The notes: generated from the sequence alone by a model not told the origin. A stretch of 64,000 nucleotides of DNA from an uncultured Gammaproteobacteria bacterium (GCA_963827755.1 CAWHCQ010000013.1:32001-96000), one strand, 5' to 3'; numbered from the stretch's first letter, positions 31,277 to 41,311 are shown. Translations and numbers: made by a program.

Positions 31277-32547
31277 ATGAAACATAAACTTTTACCAACA
31301 TTGATCGGTGCCGCGCTTGCCGCCGGCATGGGCGCAGCCCAGGCGGACATCACCGTCTTCGGTCATATCGATACGTCCATTGTCAACACGGACCAGGATC
31401 ACGGCTGGCGCAACATGAGCCAGAATCCGCAGCGTGGCTGGTACACCATCGTGGCGATTAGCGGTACCGTCGATGATACCAACTTTGTCTGCACCACCTG
31501 CTCCATCGGTTTCAAGGGCAGCGAAGACCTGGGCAACGGCCTGAAGGCGATCTTCTACCTGGACTTCCAGATGGACATGTTCAACCGCAACTCCAGCGGC
31601 AGCTATCACGGATCGTGACCAGTGGCTCGGCCTTGCCGGCAACTTCGGCCAGGTTCGTTGGGGTACCATCTCCACGCCTTACAAGTCGCATGGCTCCATG
31701 CTTGATCCGCTGTACCGTACCTCGGTCCAGGGCCGTGCTGTCGGTCTGCAGTCTTACCTGCACAGGAAGCCACTGAAGATGGTGGTGCCCGTTCCGAGAA
31801 CACCGTTCGCTGGGACAGCCCGAGCTGGAATGGCCTGAAGGTCGCCGCCTTCTACACGCTGGACAGCGACGAGAGATGACGGTCTATGCAAACACCAGAA
31901 ATCTCAAAGGCAAGGAAGACGATAACCCCTACGGTATCGGCGCCCAGTACAAGAACGGCGGCATCCTGGTGTTTGCGGATTACCTGACCAATGACTCCGA
32001 TGACACGTCCAACCCATTTGGCGACACCAGTCTGCCTGGAAGGTCGGCGGCAAGTACACGCTCAACAACTTCGCTCGTCATGGGCCAGTATGAAAGCCTC
32101 ACGCAAAATATTGCTACAGGTACGTACACTGGTCCGGCTATTCCAGTGGCTCCTCCTGGTGCTGTTCAAATTTCCACTCCTTCATGTCCGGGAACGGCAT
32201 CGGCTGCAAACTGTACATTGTCAACCAACAACGACCAGGAAGGTACCTGGTGGCACGTGGCCGGTAGCTACACCATGGGCAACAACATGGTCTACCTGGG
32301 TTACGGACAGTCCAGTTTCGATGACCTGTTACCCGCTAACGCAGCGCAGGATGGCCTCGACGCCGATGCCCTTACCGTCGCCGGCACCCACAACCTGAGC
32401 AAGCGTACCAAGATCTATGCGGCCTACAGCATGCAGAGCCAGGATGCGGATAATAATGTCAACGACAGTCATTGCATCCAGCTACTGGTACCAGTTCAAG
32501 ATGTTGACAAGGACGTGTTTGCGATTGGTATGAAGCACAAGTTCTAA
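31277..32547 (+). CDS. outer-membrane porin 1 (frameshifted)
   Basis: Signal peptide, SIGFKGSEDLGNGLKAIF, HNLSKRTKIY, C-terminal GMKHKF. Confidence 0.85.
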
Positions 32548-32570
32548 TCGGTTGGTTTGTCTGGAACGGG

Positions 32571-32599
32571 AAACGGGGCCTTCGGGCCCCGTTTTTTTT
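32571..32599 (+). terminator. intrinsic terminator
   Basis: AAACGGGGCC-TTCG-GGCCCCGTTT followed by a T-run. Confidence 0.8.
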
Positions 32600-32774
32600 G
32601 CGTTAGCCGCCCGTAAAGGGCCGGGCAGCGCGTGAACAGCTGCCCGGGCAAATGCTTGCTTGTTGTATTCCTGATACAGAAGGGATTTGGTTGTTGCATA
32701 TTCGCATGCAGACAGGTAAATTCCTTCACACATCAATCATTAAAAAACCCATTTCACTTCGCCGGGGGAGCCGC

Positions 32775-33963
32775 ATGAACAAGAAGATATCAGCAGCCAC
32801 GATCGCTGCCGTACTGGCCGGGGGCCTGTCGGTTGCCGCCGCAGACAATGTTATTTTTGGTCACATCGACACCAGCATCAACGCGACCGATCAGGACGGC
32901 GGCACGGATGACATCAACTTCGAATGCACCACCTGCTCCATCGGCTTCAAGGGCAGTGAAGACCTCGGCAATGGCCTGAAGGCCATTTTCTACCTGGACT
33001 TCCAGTACGACGCCTTCAACCGTAACTCGGGCGGCAGCATCACGGATCGTGACCAGTGGCTTGGTCTGGCCGACAGCTGGGGCCAGGTACGCCTGCGGCA
33101 CCATCTCCACACCCTACAAGTCACACGGCGCCATGATCGACCCGCTCTACCGCACTGCGCTGCAGGGCCGTGACCGCGGTGTGCAGTCTGATTTCCATAA
33201 CGGCGCCGGTGAGAACCTCGAAGGGCGCGCCGAGTACACCATCCGTTACGACACCCCGGACTGGAACGGTCTGAAGATGGCGGCCTTCTACACGCTGGAC
33301 AGTGATGAAGATACGGGCATAGCAAATCCTGCAACCCCGGGTAAAAATTTCCAGGAAGACAGTGATCCCTACGGTGTCGGCATCCAGTACGCCGGCGACA
33401 GTCTCCTGCTATTCGCCGACTGGGAGGACAATGCTGCCGGCAAGAAGGATGTGGGCGGTGAAATCACGGCCTGGAAAGCGGGCGGCAAATACATGGGCAG
33501 CGCCTTCGGCATGAAGTTCGGGCTCTACGGACAGTACGAAAATGCCTCGTTCAAGGATGAATCCCTGGTTGTTTACTCGCCCCTCAACATGGTCGATTTT
33601 GACTACCAGCTCTGGCATGTCGGCGCCTCGGTTCAGCTGGGCAACACCATGGCGTACTACGCCTTTGGCCAGGGTGAGTATGATGACAATAGTGTCGGTG
33701 GCAAGTCCGATGATTACGACACCTGGACGCTGGCCGTGATACACAGCCTGAGCAAGCGCACCAAGCTGTATGCCGGCTTCAGCGAGGTTGATTGTGATGC
33801 CAGGATTATGGACAGGGCGGCCGCCGGTCTCCCTGTCGGGTCCCCCGCCACCACGGTGGGTTTTGATAGCAGCGCCTGCGGCAACATTTCGAAGAACCCC
33901 GGCAGCATCGGCAAGCGCGGCGAGGACGACAAGGTCTCGTTTGGCATGAAGCACACCTTCTGA
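32775..33963 (+). CDS. outer-membrane porin 2 (one frameshift near 33095)
   Basis: Signal peptide, SIGFKGSEDLGNGLKAIF, HSLSKRTKLY, C-terminal GMKHTF. Confidence 0.88.
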
Positions 33964-33986
33964 GCCGTTTGTATGAACGATACGAC

Positions 33987-34012
33987 AAAACGGGGCCTGC
34001 GGGCCCCGTTTT
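33987..34012 (+). terminator. intrinsic terminator
   Basis: AAAACGGGGCC-TGCG-GGCCCCGTTTT. Confidence 0.75.
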
Positions 34013-34040
34013 CAATTCCATGAACGACAGGTAACGGCAG

Positions 34041-35016
34041 ATGCATGATTGCTCATCGGCAGGGCCGGGCCGGGCAGTGTTGTGGCTTCCCCTGCTGTTA
34101 TTGCTTGCGGCCTGTGCAGGCCATGTCTATGAGCGACCCTTCGTCATCCACCAGGATGCGCACAGTGGCGGCAGCAGCGTCGCATTCAACCAGGCGGGTG
34201 ATGTCCTGGCCTCCGGTGGCTGGGAAGGCACGCTGCGGCTCTGGCAGCTGCCGGGCGGGCAGGCATTACACCACTGGCCGGCGCATACGGACTCTGTCAA
34301 CGGGATTGTCTTTATCGAGGACGACCGGCAGCTGGTGACGGCCGGCTACGATGGCGTGCTGGCGCTGTGGTCGCTGCAGGGCGCGCCCATCAAGCGCATA
34401 CAGACAGCGTCACCGGTCATGCACATGGCGGCCGATCGTGCGCGCGGGCGGTTGATCAGCGGTCACGCTGACGGCTCGGTGCGCATCTGGAGCCTGCCGG
34501 GCCTGGAGTTGATGAATGTGCGTTCCCTGTACCCGGCGGCCGTGAAGGTGGTGGCGATCGATGCCGGGTCGCCGCGTTATGCCGCGGCGGACACGCGCGG
34601 CACGGTGTCTGTCTGGAGCGAGGGCGGCCCCGAACAGCGGCTGGAATCACCGCCCACCGATGCCTGGACACTGGCGTTTTCACCGGACGGGCAATGGTTG
34701 CTGGGAGGCAGCTGGTTTCGCCTGTTTCGCTGGAACCTGCGAGACGGCACGCTGCAAACCCTGCCGACGGAACATCACGGCATCATCAAGTCGATTCAGT
34801 ACACCGGCAACGGTAACGAACTGGCAACGATCAGCCGCCAGACCGACAGTGCCGTGTATTTCCTCGATGCGGTCAGCGGCGACACCCTGCGCCGTTTCGC
34901 AGGCGCATGACCTGTGCGGGGCCGATATAGCCGTGTCGCCGGACGGGCATTACCTGGCAACCACCAGCGATGATGCAAGCGTGCGTATCTGGGATTTGAC
35001 CGGGTCTGGAAAATAG
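34041..35016 (+). CDS. WD40-repeat lipoprotein (frameshift near 34900)
   Basis: LLAAC lipobox; ASGGWEGTLRLW and HTDSVNGIVF repeats; last blade ATTSDDASVRIWD in another frame. Confidence 0.8.
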
Positions 35017-35048
35017 AGGTGATAAGTCGAGACTGCAGGTAACCGTCT

Positions 35049-35104
35049 GGTCGAATAAATTCGACCCTACAATCCTGACTGAGTAGGGCCGAATTCATTC
35101 GGCC
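35049..35104. repeat. REP pair (GTAGGGYCGAATT family)
   Basis: GGTCGAATAAATTCGACCCTAC and GTAGGGCCGAATTCATTCGGCC. Confidence 0.8.
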
Positions 35105-35116
35105 AACAACTCTCAA

Positions 35117-35773
35117 TCAGGTGATTTTCTTGATCCCGTCTTCCGTACCGAGTAACAGCACATCGGCCGGTCTCAGGGCGAACAGGCCGACGGTTACCAC
35201 GCCGGGAAGGTTGTTCAGTTCCTGTTCCAGTTTTACCGGTTCCATGATTTCCATGTTGTGCACGTCGAGGATGACATTGCCGTTATCGGTGGTAAAGCCA
35301 TCACGGTAGACCGGTTGCCCGCCACGTTTTACCAGCTCGCGGGCAACCATGCTGCGTGCCATGGGAATGACCTCGACGGGCAGCGGGAAGGCCCCGAGCA
35401 CGTCAACCAGCTTGCTGCCGTCGGCGATGCAGACAAACTTGCGGGCGCAGGCCGCAACAATCTTCTCACGGGTGAGTGCGCCACCGCCGCCCTTGATCAG
35501 GTGCAGGTGATGGTTGGACTCGTCCGCACCATCGACATAGACCGACAGCTCATCCACGGAATTGAGATCCAGCACCGGGATGCCGTGGGCGGCAAGCCGT
35601 TCGGCGCTGGCGCGGGAGCTGGCGACCGTGCCGTCGATCCTGCCCTTGATGCCGGCGAGGAAGTCGATGAAGTGGTTGGCGGTCGAGCCGGTGCCGATAC
35701 CGATGACGGTGCCGGCCTCCACGTATTCCAGCGCCGCCTCGGCGACCATTTTTTTCATTTCGTCCTGCGTCAT
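35117..35773 (-). CDS. rpiA: ribose-5-phosphate isomerase A
   Basis: [29 protein letters not shown]. Confidence 0.97.
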   Translation of the reverse strand: MTQDEMKKMVAEAALEYVEAGTVIGIGTGSTANHFIDFLAGIKGRIDGTVASSRASAERLAAHGIPVLDLNSVDELSVYVDGADESNHHLHLIKGGGGALTREKIVAACARKFVCIADGSKLVDVLGAFPLPVEVIPMARSMVARELVKRGGQPVYRDGFTTDNGNVILDVHNMEIMEPVKLEQELNNLPGVVTVGLFALRPADVLLLGTEDGIKKIT

Positions 35774-35879
35774 TTTCGTACTCCGTAATCGTCAATGACA
35801 TTGATAATACCCGCGCCATCCGGGGATGTCATGGTTCATTCCGTGTACTAGCTCCAATCTGATAAAGACAAATATTATT

Positions 35880-35962
35880 GCCACGGAAGCACACGGAAAA
35901 ACACGGAAGAATAAATGCCAAAAAAAGACTTTTTCCCGTGTATTTCCGTGTGCTTCCGTGGC
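35880..35962. repeat. inverted repeat built from CACGGAA units
   Basis: GCCACGGAAGCACACGGAAA ... TTTCCGTGTGCTTCCGTGGC. Confidence 0.7.
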
Positions 35963-36075
35963 TATTAAAAAATCTGTTGCCTGGCTTGATATATTGCAGC
36001 AAACGTTATTATCAAATTGGAAGAGTGCTGGTCCGCATCTGGGCAAGCCGGATTTGAACTGTTACTGTACCCGCC

Positions 36076-37596
36076 ATGCTGAAACGTTACCTGAAGATGA
36101 TCGAGAACTCCCGCGTCTACGAAGTGGCCAGCGAGACCCCGCTGGTCGAGGCGGGGCGCCTGTCGCGGCGGCTTGATAACCGTGTCTGGATGAAGCGCGA
36201 GGACCTGCAGCCGGTCTATTCATTCAAGTGTCGCGGTGCCTATAACAAGATCTCCAGCCTGTCGGACGAACAGCGCGAGCGCGGGATAATCGCGGCGTCA
36301 GCCGGGAACCATGCACAGGGCGTGGCGTTATCCGCGAACAGGCTGGGAGTAAAGGCGCTGATATTCATGCCGGTCACCACGCCCTCGATCAAGGTCGAGG
36401 CCGTCAGGAACTACGGCGCGCGCATCAAGCTGAAGGGCGACACCTATGATGAGGCCTATACCTGGGCGGCCGCCTATGCGAAAGAGCAGGGAATGGTCTT
36501 TGTGCACCCCTACGATGACCCCATCGTCATTGCGGGGCAGGGCACGATCGGCCTGGAGATCATGCGGCAACATTCCGCCGAGCTGTATGCCATTTTTGTC
36601 CCGGTTGGCGGTGGTGGCCTGATCGCCGGGATTGCAGCGGCGGTCAAGTCGTTACGGCCCGGTATAAAGGTTATCGGTGTCGAGCCCGACGAGGCGCCTT
36701 GCATGTACGAGGCATTGAAGCGCGGGCGACGCGTCAAGCTCAAGGAGGTCGGTATTTTTGCGGATGGTGTTGCCGTGCGCCAGGCAGGGAAGGAGCCTTT
36801 CCGGATTGCGCGGGAGCATGTCGACGAGGTCATTGTCGTCAGTACCGATGCGCTGTGTGCAGCCATCAAGGATATCTACGATGACTGTCGATCCATTGTC
36901 GAACCGGCCGGGGCGCTTGCGATTGCGGGCATCAAGCAGTATGTGGAGCAGCATGGCCTGACCGGGAAAAGCATGGTTGCGATCAACAGCGGTGCAAACA
37001 TCAATTTTGACCGCCTGCGCCATGTCTCGGAGCGGGCCGAGATCGGCGAACAGCGCGAGGCCTTGCTGGGTGTCACCATCCCGGAGCAACCCGGCAGCTT
37101 CAGGAAATTCTGCGAGACGCTCGGCAAACGGGGTATTACCGAGTTCAACTACCGTTATTCCCAGGCAAAGCAGGCGCATGTCTTTGCCGGGATACGATTA
37201 CAGGACGGGGATAACGAGCGTGAAGCACTGCTGAAGGACTTGCGCAAGCAGGGTTACCCGGTTGAGGACCTGACCGACAGCGAGCTTGCCAAGCTGCATA
37301 TCCGTTACATGGTCGGCGGGCGGGTGCCGGGGCTGGAGGATGAACTGCTCTACCGGTTTCAGTTCCCCGAACGCCCGGGCGCGCTGCTTGCTTTCCTCGC
37401 AGCGATTGGCAAGCGCTGGAACATCAGCCTGTTTCATTACCGCAACCACGGCGCGGATTACGGACGCGTACTGGTGGGCATCCAGGTGCCGCGGGAAAGT
37501 CGCAAGGAGTTCCGCAAGTCCCTGGCTGATTTGAGCTACCTGTACTGGGAGGAAACGGACTGCGTGGCATACAGGTTGTTCCTCGGGGATGCCTGA
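36076..37596 (+). CDS. ilvA: biosynthetic threonine dehydratase
   Basis: KREDLQPVYSFKCRGA, ASAGNHAQG, FPERPGAL regulatory domain. Confidence 0.97.
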   Translation: MLKRYLKMIENSRVYEVASETPLVEAGRLSRRLDNRVWMKREDLQPVYSFKCRGAYNKISSLSDEQRERGIIAASAGNHAQGVALSANRLGVKALIFMPVTTPSIKVEAVRNYGARIKLKGDTYDEAYTWAAAYAKEQGMVFVHPYDDPIVIAGQGTIGLEIMRQHSAELYAIFVPVGGGGLIAGIAAAVKSLRPGIKVIGVEPDEAPCMYEALKRGRRVKLKEVGIFADGVAVRQAGKEPFRIAREHVDEVIVVSTDALCAAIKDIYDDCRSIVEPAGALAIAGIKQYVEQHGLTGKSMVAINSGANINFDRLRHVSERAEIGEQREALLGVTIPEQPGSFRKFCETLGKRGITEFNYRYSQAKQAHVFAGIRLQDGDNEREALLKDLRKQGYPVEDLTDSELAKLHIRYMVGGRVPGLEDELLYRFQFPERPGALLAFLAAIGKRWNISLFHYRNHGADYGRVLVGIQVPRESRKEFRKSLADLSYLYWEETDCVAYRLFLGDA

Positions 37597-37622
37597 GCAG
37601 GCTGGCCGCTTTCGGTGATCCT

Positions 37623-38380
37623 GGTTTCGCCTGGCGGCGGGGTGCTTTTCTTTCTTTTGTCTACTTAATGAGGCGCCTTGCAGGCGCTGGTTTTATTTGG
37701 ATGCGGGCTTTCGCGCCCGCCGGCGAGGTACTTTTCTTTGCTCGCCAAAGAAAAGTACCCAAAAGAAAGGCACCCGGAGACTCAGCCCGAATACTCATTT
37801 TCAATGCGTATTCGGGTTCCCTGCGTTTCTCGCCAATCCGGGCGCGCACAACTCGCAATCTCGCTGCGCTCGAAAGCTCAAACAGGGTGCGCGGCATTCT
37901 CCGGATTGGCTGCGGTACTCGGTGAGTGCTACGGGAGGGGTAGATCAACCCCCCATACTCACCGATTGGGGTTTGATCTACCCTCCCGTAGCACTCACCG
38001 AGTACCGCAGCCAATCCGGGGAATAGCCGCGCACCCTGTCTGAGCTTTCGAGCGCAGCGAGATTGCGAGTTGTGCGCGGCCCCGGATTGGCGAAAACCGG
38101 ATGAAGCATGCGCCCTGTCTGAGCTTTCGAGCGCAGCGAGATTGCGAGTTGCGCATGCGCCGGTTTTCGCGAGAAGCGCAGGGAACCCGAATACTCATTG
38201 AAAATCAGTATTCGGGCAAGCCTCCGGGCCGCCTTTCTTTTGGATACGTTTCTTTGGCGGAGCAAAGAAAAGTATCTCGCCGCGCGGGCGCGAAAGCCCG
38301 CATCAAATAAAACCAGCGCCTGCAAGGCGCCTCATTAAGTAGATAAAAGAAAGAAAAGCACCTCGCCGCCAGGCAAAACC
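37623..38380. repeat. giant imperfect palindrome (about 760 bp), copy 1
   Basis: Arms are reverse complements about a centre near 37960; homologous to 53281-53995. Confidence 0.9.
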
Positions 38381-38394
38381 CGAATAGGGCTAAT

Positions 38395-38426
38395 AAAAAA
38401 GCCCGGGCTGAATCAGCCCGGGCTTT
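38395..38426. terminator. intrinsic terminator
   Basis: AAAAAAGCCCGGGCTG-AAT-CAGCCCGGGCTTT. Confidence 0.8.
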
Positions 38427-38474
38427 CTTGTCGTTGCAGCGGTGTTCAGTGAAGAACGCCGTGTTAGCCGACGA

Positions 38475-38912
38475 CTATCTCCGACGCGTAGTTTTACGCT
38501 TCGGCGCAGCCTTTCTCCGTTTAGGAGCAGCCTTCTTCCGCTTCGGTGCAGCCTTTCTCCGTTTAGGAGCAGCCTTCTTCCGCTTCGGTGCAGCCTTTCT
38601 CCGTTTAGGAGCAGCCTTCTTCCGCTTCGGTGCAGCCTTTCTCCGTTTAGGAGCAGCCTTCTTCCGCTTCGGTGCAGCCTTTCTCCGTTTAGGAGCAGCC
38701 TTCTTCCGCTTCGGTGCAGCCTTTCTCCGTTTAGGAGCAGCCTTCTTCCGCTTCGGTGCAGCCTTCTTCCGCTTCGGTGCAGCCTTCCTACGCTTCGGTG
38801 CTGCCTTCTTGCGCTTCGGTGCTGCCTTCTTGCGTTTTACAGTTGTCTTTCTCTTTACGGTTGTCTTTCGTTTTGCAGTCGTCTTTCTCCTCGTTTTCTT
38901 TTTTGCAGCCAT
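38475..38912 (-). CDS. histone H1-like / AlgP-Hc2-type basic nucleoid protein
   Basis: 145 aa with 16 x (K/R)KAAPKR; GGAGG RBS; own terminator. Confidence 0.8.
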   Translation of the reverse strand: MAAKKKTRRKTTAKRKTTVKRKTTVKRKKAAPKRKKAAPKRRKAAPKRKKAAPKRKKAAPKRRKAAPKRKKAAPKRRKAAPKRKKAAPKRRKAAPKRKKAAPKRRKAAPKRKKAAPKRRKAAPKRKKAAPKRRKAAPKRKTTRRR

Positions 38913-39922
38913 ACCATTACCTCCATTACATTTTAATTGCCCAAGGTGAGTATAAACAAGAATGTACAAATTACCAGTTTTTTTAGTGGTAATACATTCG
39001 TGCTTTGTAGCGTTCAAAAAGTAAAAAACTAAAGTTATTTTTGTGCACGCGTTGTCTTTAATTTTTTACGTGTAACCAATAACGGTGTCGGGTTTCAAGA
39101 TTACGGTTGTCACTGTCGGTTAAAATTTGCGTGGGAATTGTTTTGCTGCAGTGCGAATATTTTTTACTGTTTTCAAAAAAACTGCCGGCTGAATCGGCAC
39201 TGCACACCAGGTGACGCCGGGCGTCACTTGTTATGAGATTGTTAACAGAAAGTTGTATGAGAGGGGTTGGCAATCAATCTGTACGGTTGCCGGTCAGGTT
39301 ATAAAAAAATTCATATAAACAGTAGGTTATCGTTGTTGTTCCGGGCGTTTTTGACAAGGAGTGTGAATTAATCCGACAGTATGAATCGGTCGTGAACAAG
39401 GGACCATTGTCTGCTTCAAACAGCGTTTGCAAGCAGGATTATTCAAAAGCAGGCATGTGCAATGCATGTTGATCGACGTCCGTCATGAAGGTTGAATCGC
39501 CAACTTGCAAGACAGGCTTTCTGCGTGTGCGGACCGGGCGTGCTGGTCGTGCCGGGTTTGTAAACAAGTGTTGCACAGTCGTGTGTAACGCAGGTGTTCA
39601 ACATCTGTTGCGGGAGAATGTTGCCGGGTAATTTTTGGAAATTATTTTTTTATTTTTTTAAGAAAATGAGTTTCTGGCAACTTTTTTCGTGTGACCTGGT
39701 TTTTTTTCGGCAAGCCGACAGACGTGCATGTGCAGTTTTCAGTCGCTGTAAAACACGGGCAGCGGTTACGCATCTCCCTGTGCGACACCGTGCCTTGATG
39801 ATTCAACATCGCGGTTCTCGCGTGTTCATTCATGTAAAACATGTGATTTATGTTGTTAAAAAGACACAAATACAGTGTGGCGCCCCTGGAAGGCTACGGT
39901 TGAGTATTCGCGCGCCTGCGAA

Positions 39923-40510
39923 TTATTTTGATGTGCGATAGGTTGCGCTTTCAGTCACGACTGCATTCAGTGGTATATCCCAGCTGTTTACCTCGAGCGC
40001 GGCCTGTTTCTGGAATTCATAGGCAAGCCCGACGAGTTTTGGTTTGTACAGACGGGTGCGCCTGCCGAGAAAGGCAAAGCTGTGGTCATAGTAAGCAGCA
40101 CCCATGCCGAGGCGATGTCCGCGGCTGTCAAATGCGACCAGCGGTGTGAACACCAGGTCAAGATCGCAGGGCTTGATCAGCCTGCGCCGTGCCGGTTCCG
40201 CAATACCGTAGCGGTTGAAAACCATGGGTTCCCCGGGTTCAAAGCGGGCAAACCAGAGTTTATTTTTCGAAAAGGGTGCAAGTACCGGCAGGTACAGTTT
40301 TTTGCCGAGTTGCCAAAGCCGTTGTACGAGGGGAGACGGGTCAATTTCACCATCGCTCGCCAGGTAGGCGGCTATATGGTGACTGTTGGCGGCGATGCGG
40401 CTGGCAGAGACGCGCTGCGCCAATTGTTCGGCGCAGTGGCCGGCCTCGCGCCGGGTGACGGCGCGGCGTTGTTGGCGAATGGATTGGCGCAACTGCTTGC
40501 GACTGGGCAT
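39923..40510 (-). CDS. ygfA: 5-formyltetrahydrofolate cyclo-ligase
   Basis: RKQLRQ, PLVAFD..GHRLGMGAAYYD, WDIPL; downstream of 6S RNA. Confidence 0.92.
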   Translation of the reverse strand: MPSRKQLRQSIRQQRRAVTRREAGHCAEQLAQRVSASRIAANSHHIAAYLASDGEIDPSPLVQRLWQLGKKLYLPVLAPFSKNKLWFARFEPGEPMVFNRYGIAEPARRRLIKPCDLDLVFTPLVAFDSRGHRLGMGAAYYDHSFAFLGRRTRLYKPKLVGLAYEFQKQAALEVNSWDIPLNAVVTESATYRTSK

Positions 40511-40576
40511 GGGCGGAACAGGCGGAGTGTGTTGTGTAATCGGCCCGACCTGGCGGGTGTGTCTGTGATTAAGGGA

Positions 40577-40761
40577 GGGCATCCTCCACTTGTGCCGGTG
40601 CAGCTATTGCCCTTGAACCAGAGGTACAAGAGGGGGACGGCAGTGATGCGACAGGCTCTCCACACATGGCGGATATGCACAAAGCACCAGGATTAGTCCC
40701 CTGGATTGAAAAATAGGCTCAAGGAGTACTAAGCCACTATCAAACACAGCAGGGGATGCCC
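40577..40761 (-). ncRNA. ssrS: 6S RNA
   Basis: About 185-nt rod with complementary ends GGGCATCC/GGATGCCC and CCTTGAGCC/GGTTCAAGG stem; canonical zapA-ssrS-ygfA position. Confidence 0.9.
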
Positions 40762-40775
40762 GTTTCTAACTCGTT

Positions 40776-41081
40776 TCAGTGTGTCTTTGCCTGCCGGTAA
40801 CTGGCAAGCACCTCGTCAATTCGATTATTCAGCTTTTTGATTCGTGTGCTGGTGTTGCTTGCATCGCCGCCACCGGTAAGTGCCTCATGCGCGATATTCA
40901 GGCCTGCCATCACGGCAATGCGGTCGATACCAATGACTTTCCCGGCGCTGCGGATTTCGGTCATCTTGTCGTTGAGGTGTTTTCCCGATGCCTTGAGGGC
41001 ATCTACTTCCTCCTCGGGACAGGAAACCAGGTATTCCTTGTCGAGGATGTGTACCTTGAGGGTATGCGGGTCACTGCTCAT
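40776..41081 (-). CDS. zapA: cell division protein ZapA
   Basis: ILDKEYLVSCPEEE, DRIAVMAGLNIAHE. Confidence 0.92.
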   Translation of the reverse strand: MSSDPHTLKVHILDKEYLVSCPEEEVDALKASGKHLNDKMTEIRSAGKVIGIDRIAVMAGLNIAHEALTGGGDASNTSTRIKKLNNRIDEVLASYRQAKTH

Positions 41082-41311
41082 ATACTGGTCTCCAGTGACT
41101 TGAGGCGCGTAACGATGGCATCAACCCTGTTACGGACCTCGTCGTGTCTTTCAACCAGTCCGGCGCGCTCCGTTGCCTGTGCGACCTGCTGGGCACGCAG
41201 CGACTGGTTTTCCTGCATCAGGCGGGTGATGATGTCCAGCAGGCTGTCCACCTTCTCTTCAAGCTTGCCAAGCTCCTGGTCAATGATTGCGGGTGCGGTT
41301 TTTTTTGTCAT
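41078..41311 (-). CDS. TIGR02449 / ZapB-like coiled-coil protein
   Basis: LEEKVDSLL..L.QEN..LR...ERA.L...RVDAIVTRLKSLE; upstream of zapA. Confidence 0.85.
   Translation of the reverse strand: MTKKTAPAIIDQELGKLEEKVDSLLDIITRLMQENQSLRAQQVAQATERAGLVERHDEVRNRVDAIVTRLKSLETSI

Noticed and set aside
31277-32547. Programmed frameshifting or phase variation in porin 1
   Set aside because: Indels are numerous, partly compensating and not in slippery or homopolymer tracts; sequencing error is more parsimonious.
27208-35016. Integrated prophage or ICE at tRNA-Gln
   Set aside because: No integrase or phage genes; the tRNA 3' duplicate lies only 165 bp away and no distal att copy was seen.
37661-38325. 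ORFs within the giant palindromes (also 53234-53949)
   Set aside because: They occur on both strands as mirror translations of the repeat, with no protein motifs or RBS.
38428-38949. Plus-strand FGAAFLRL-repeat ORF
   Set aside because: Antisense shadow of the H1-like gene, which has the RBS and terminator.
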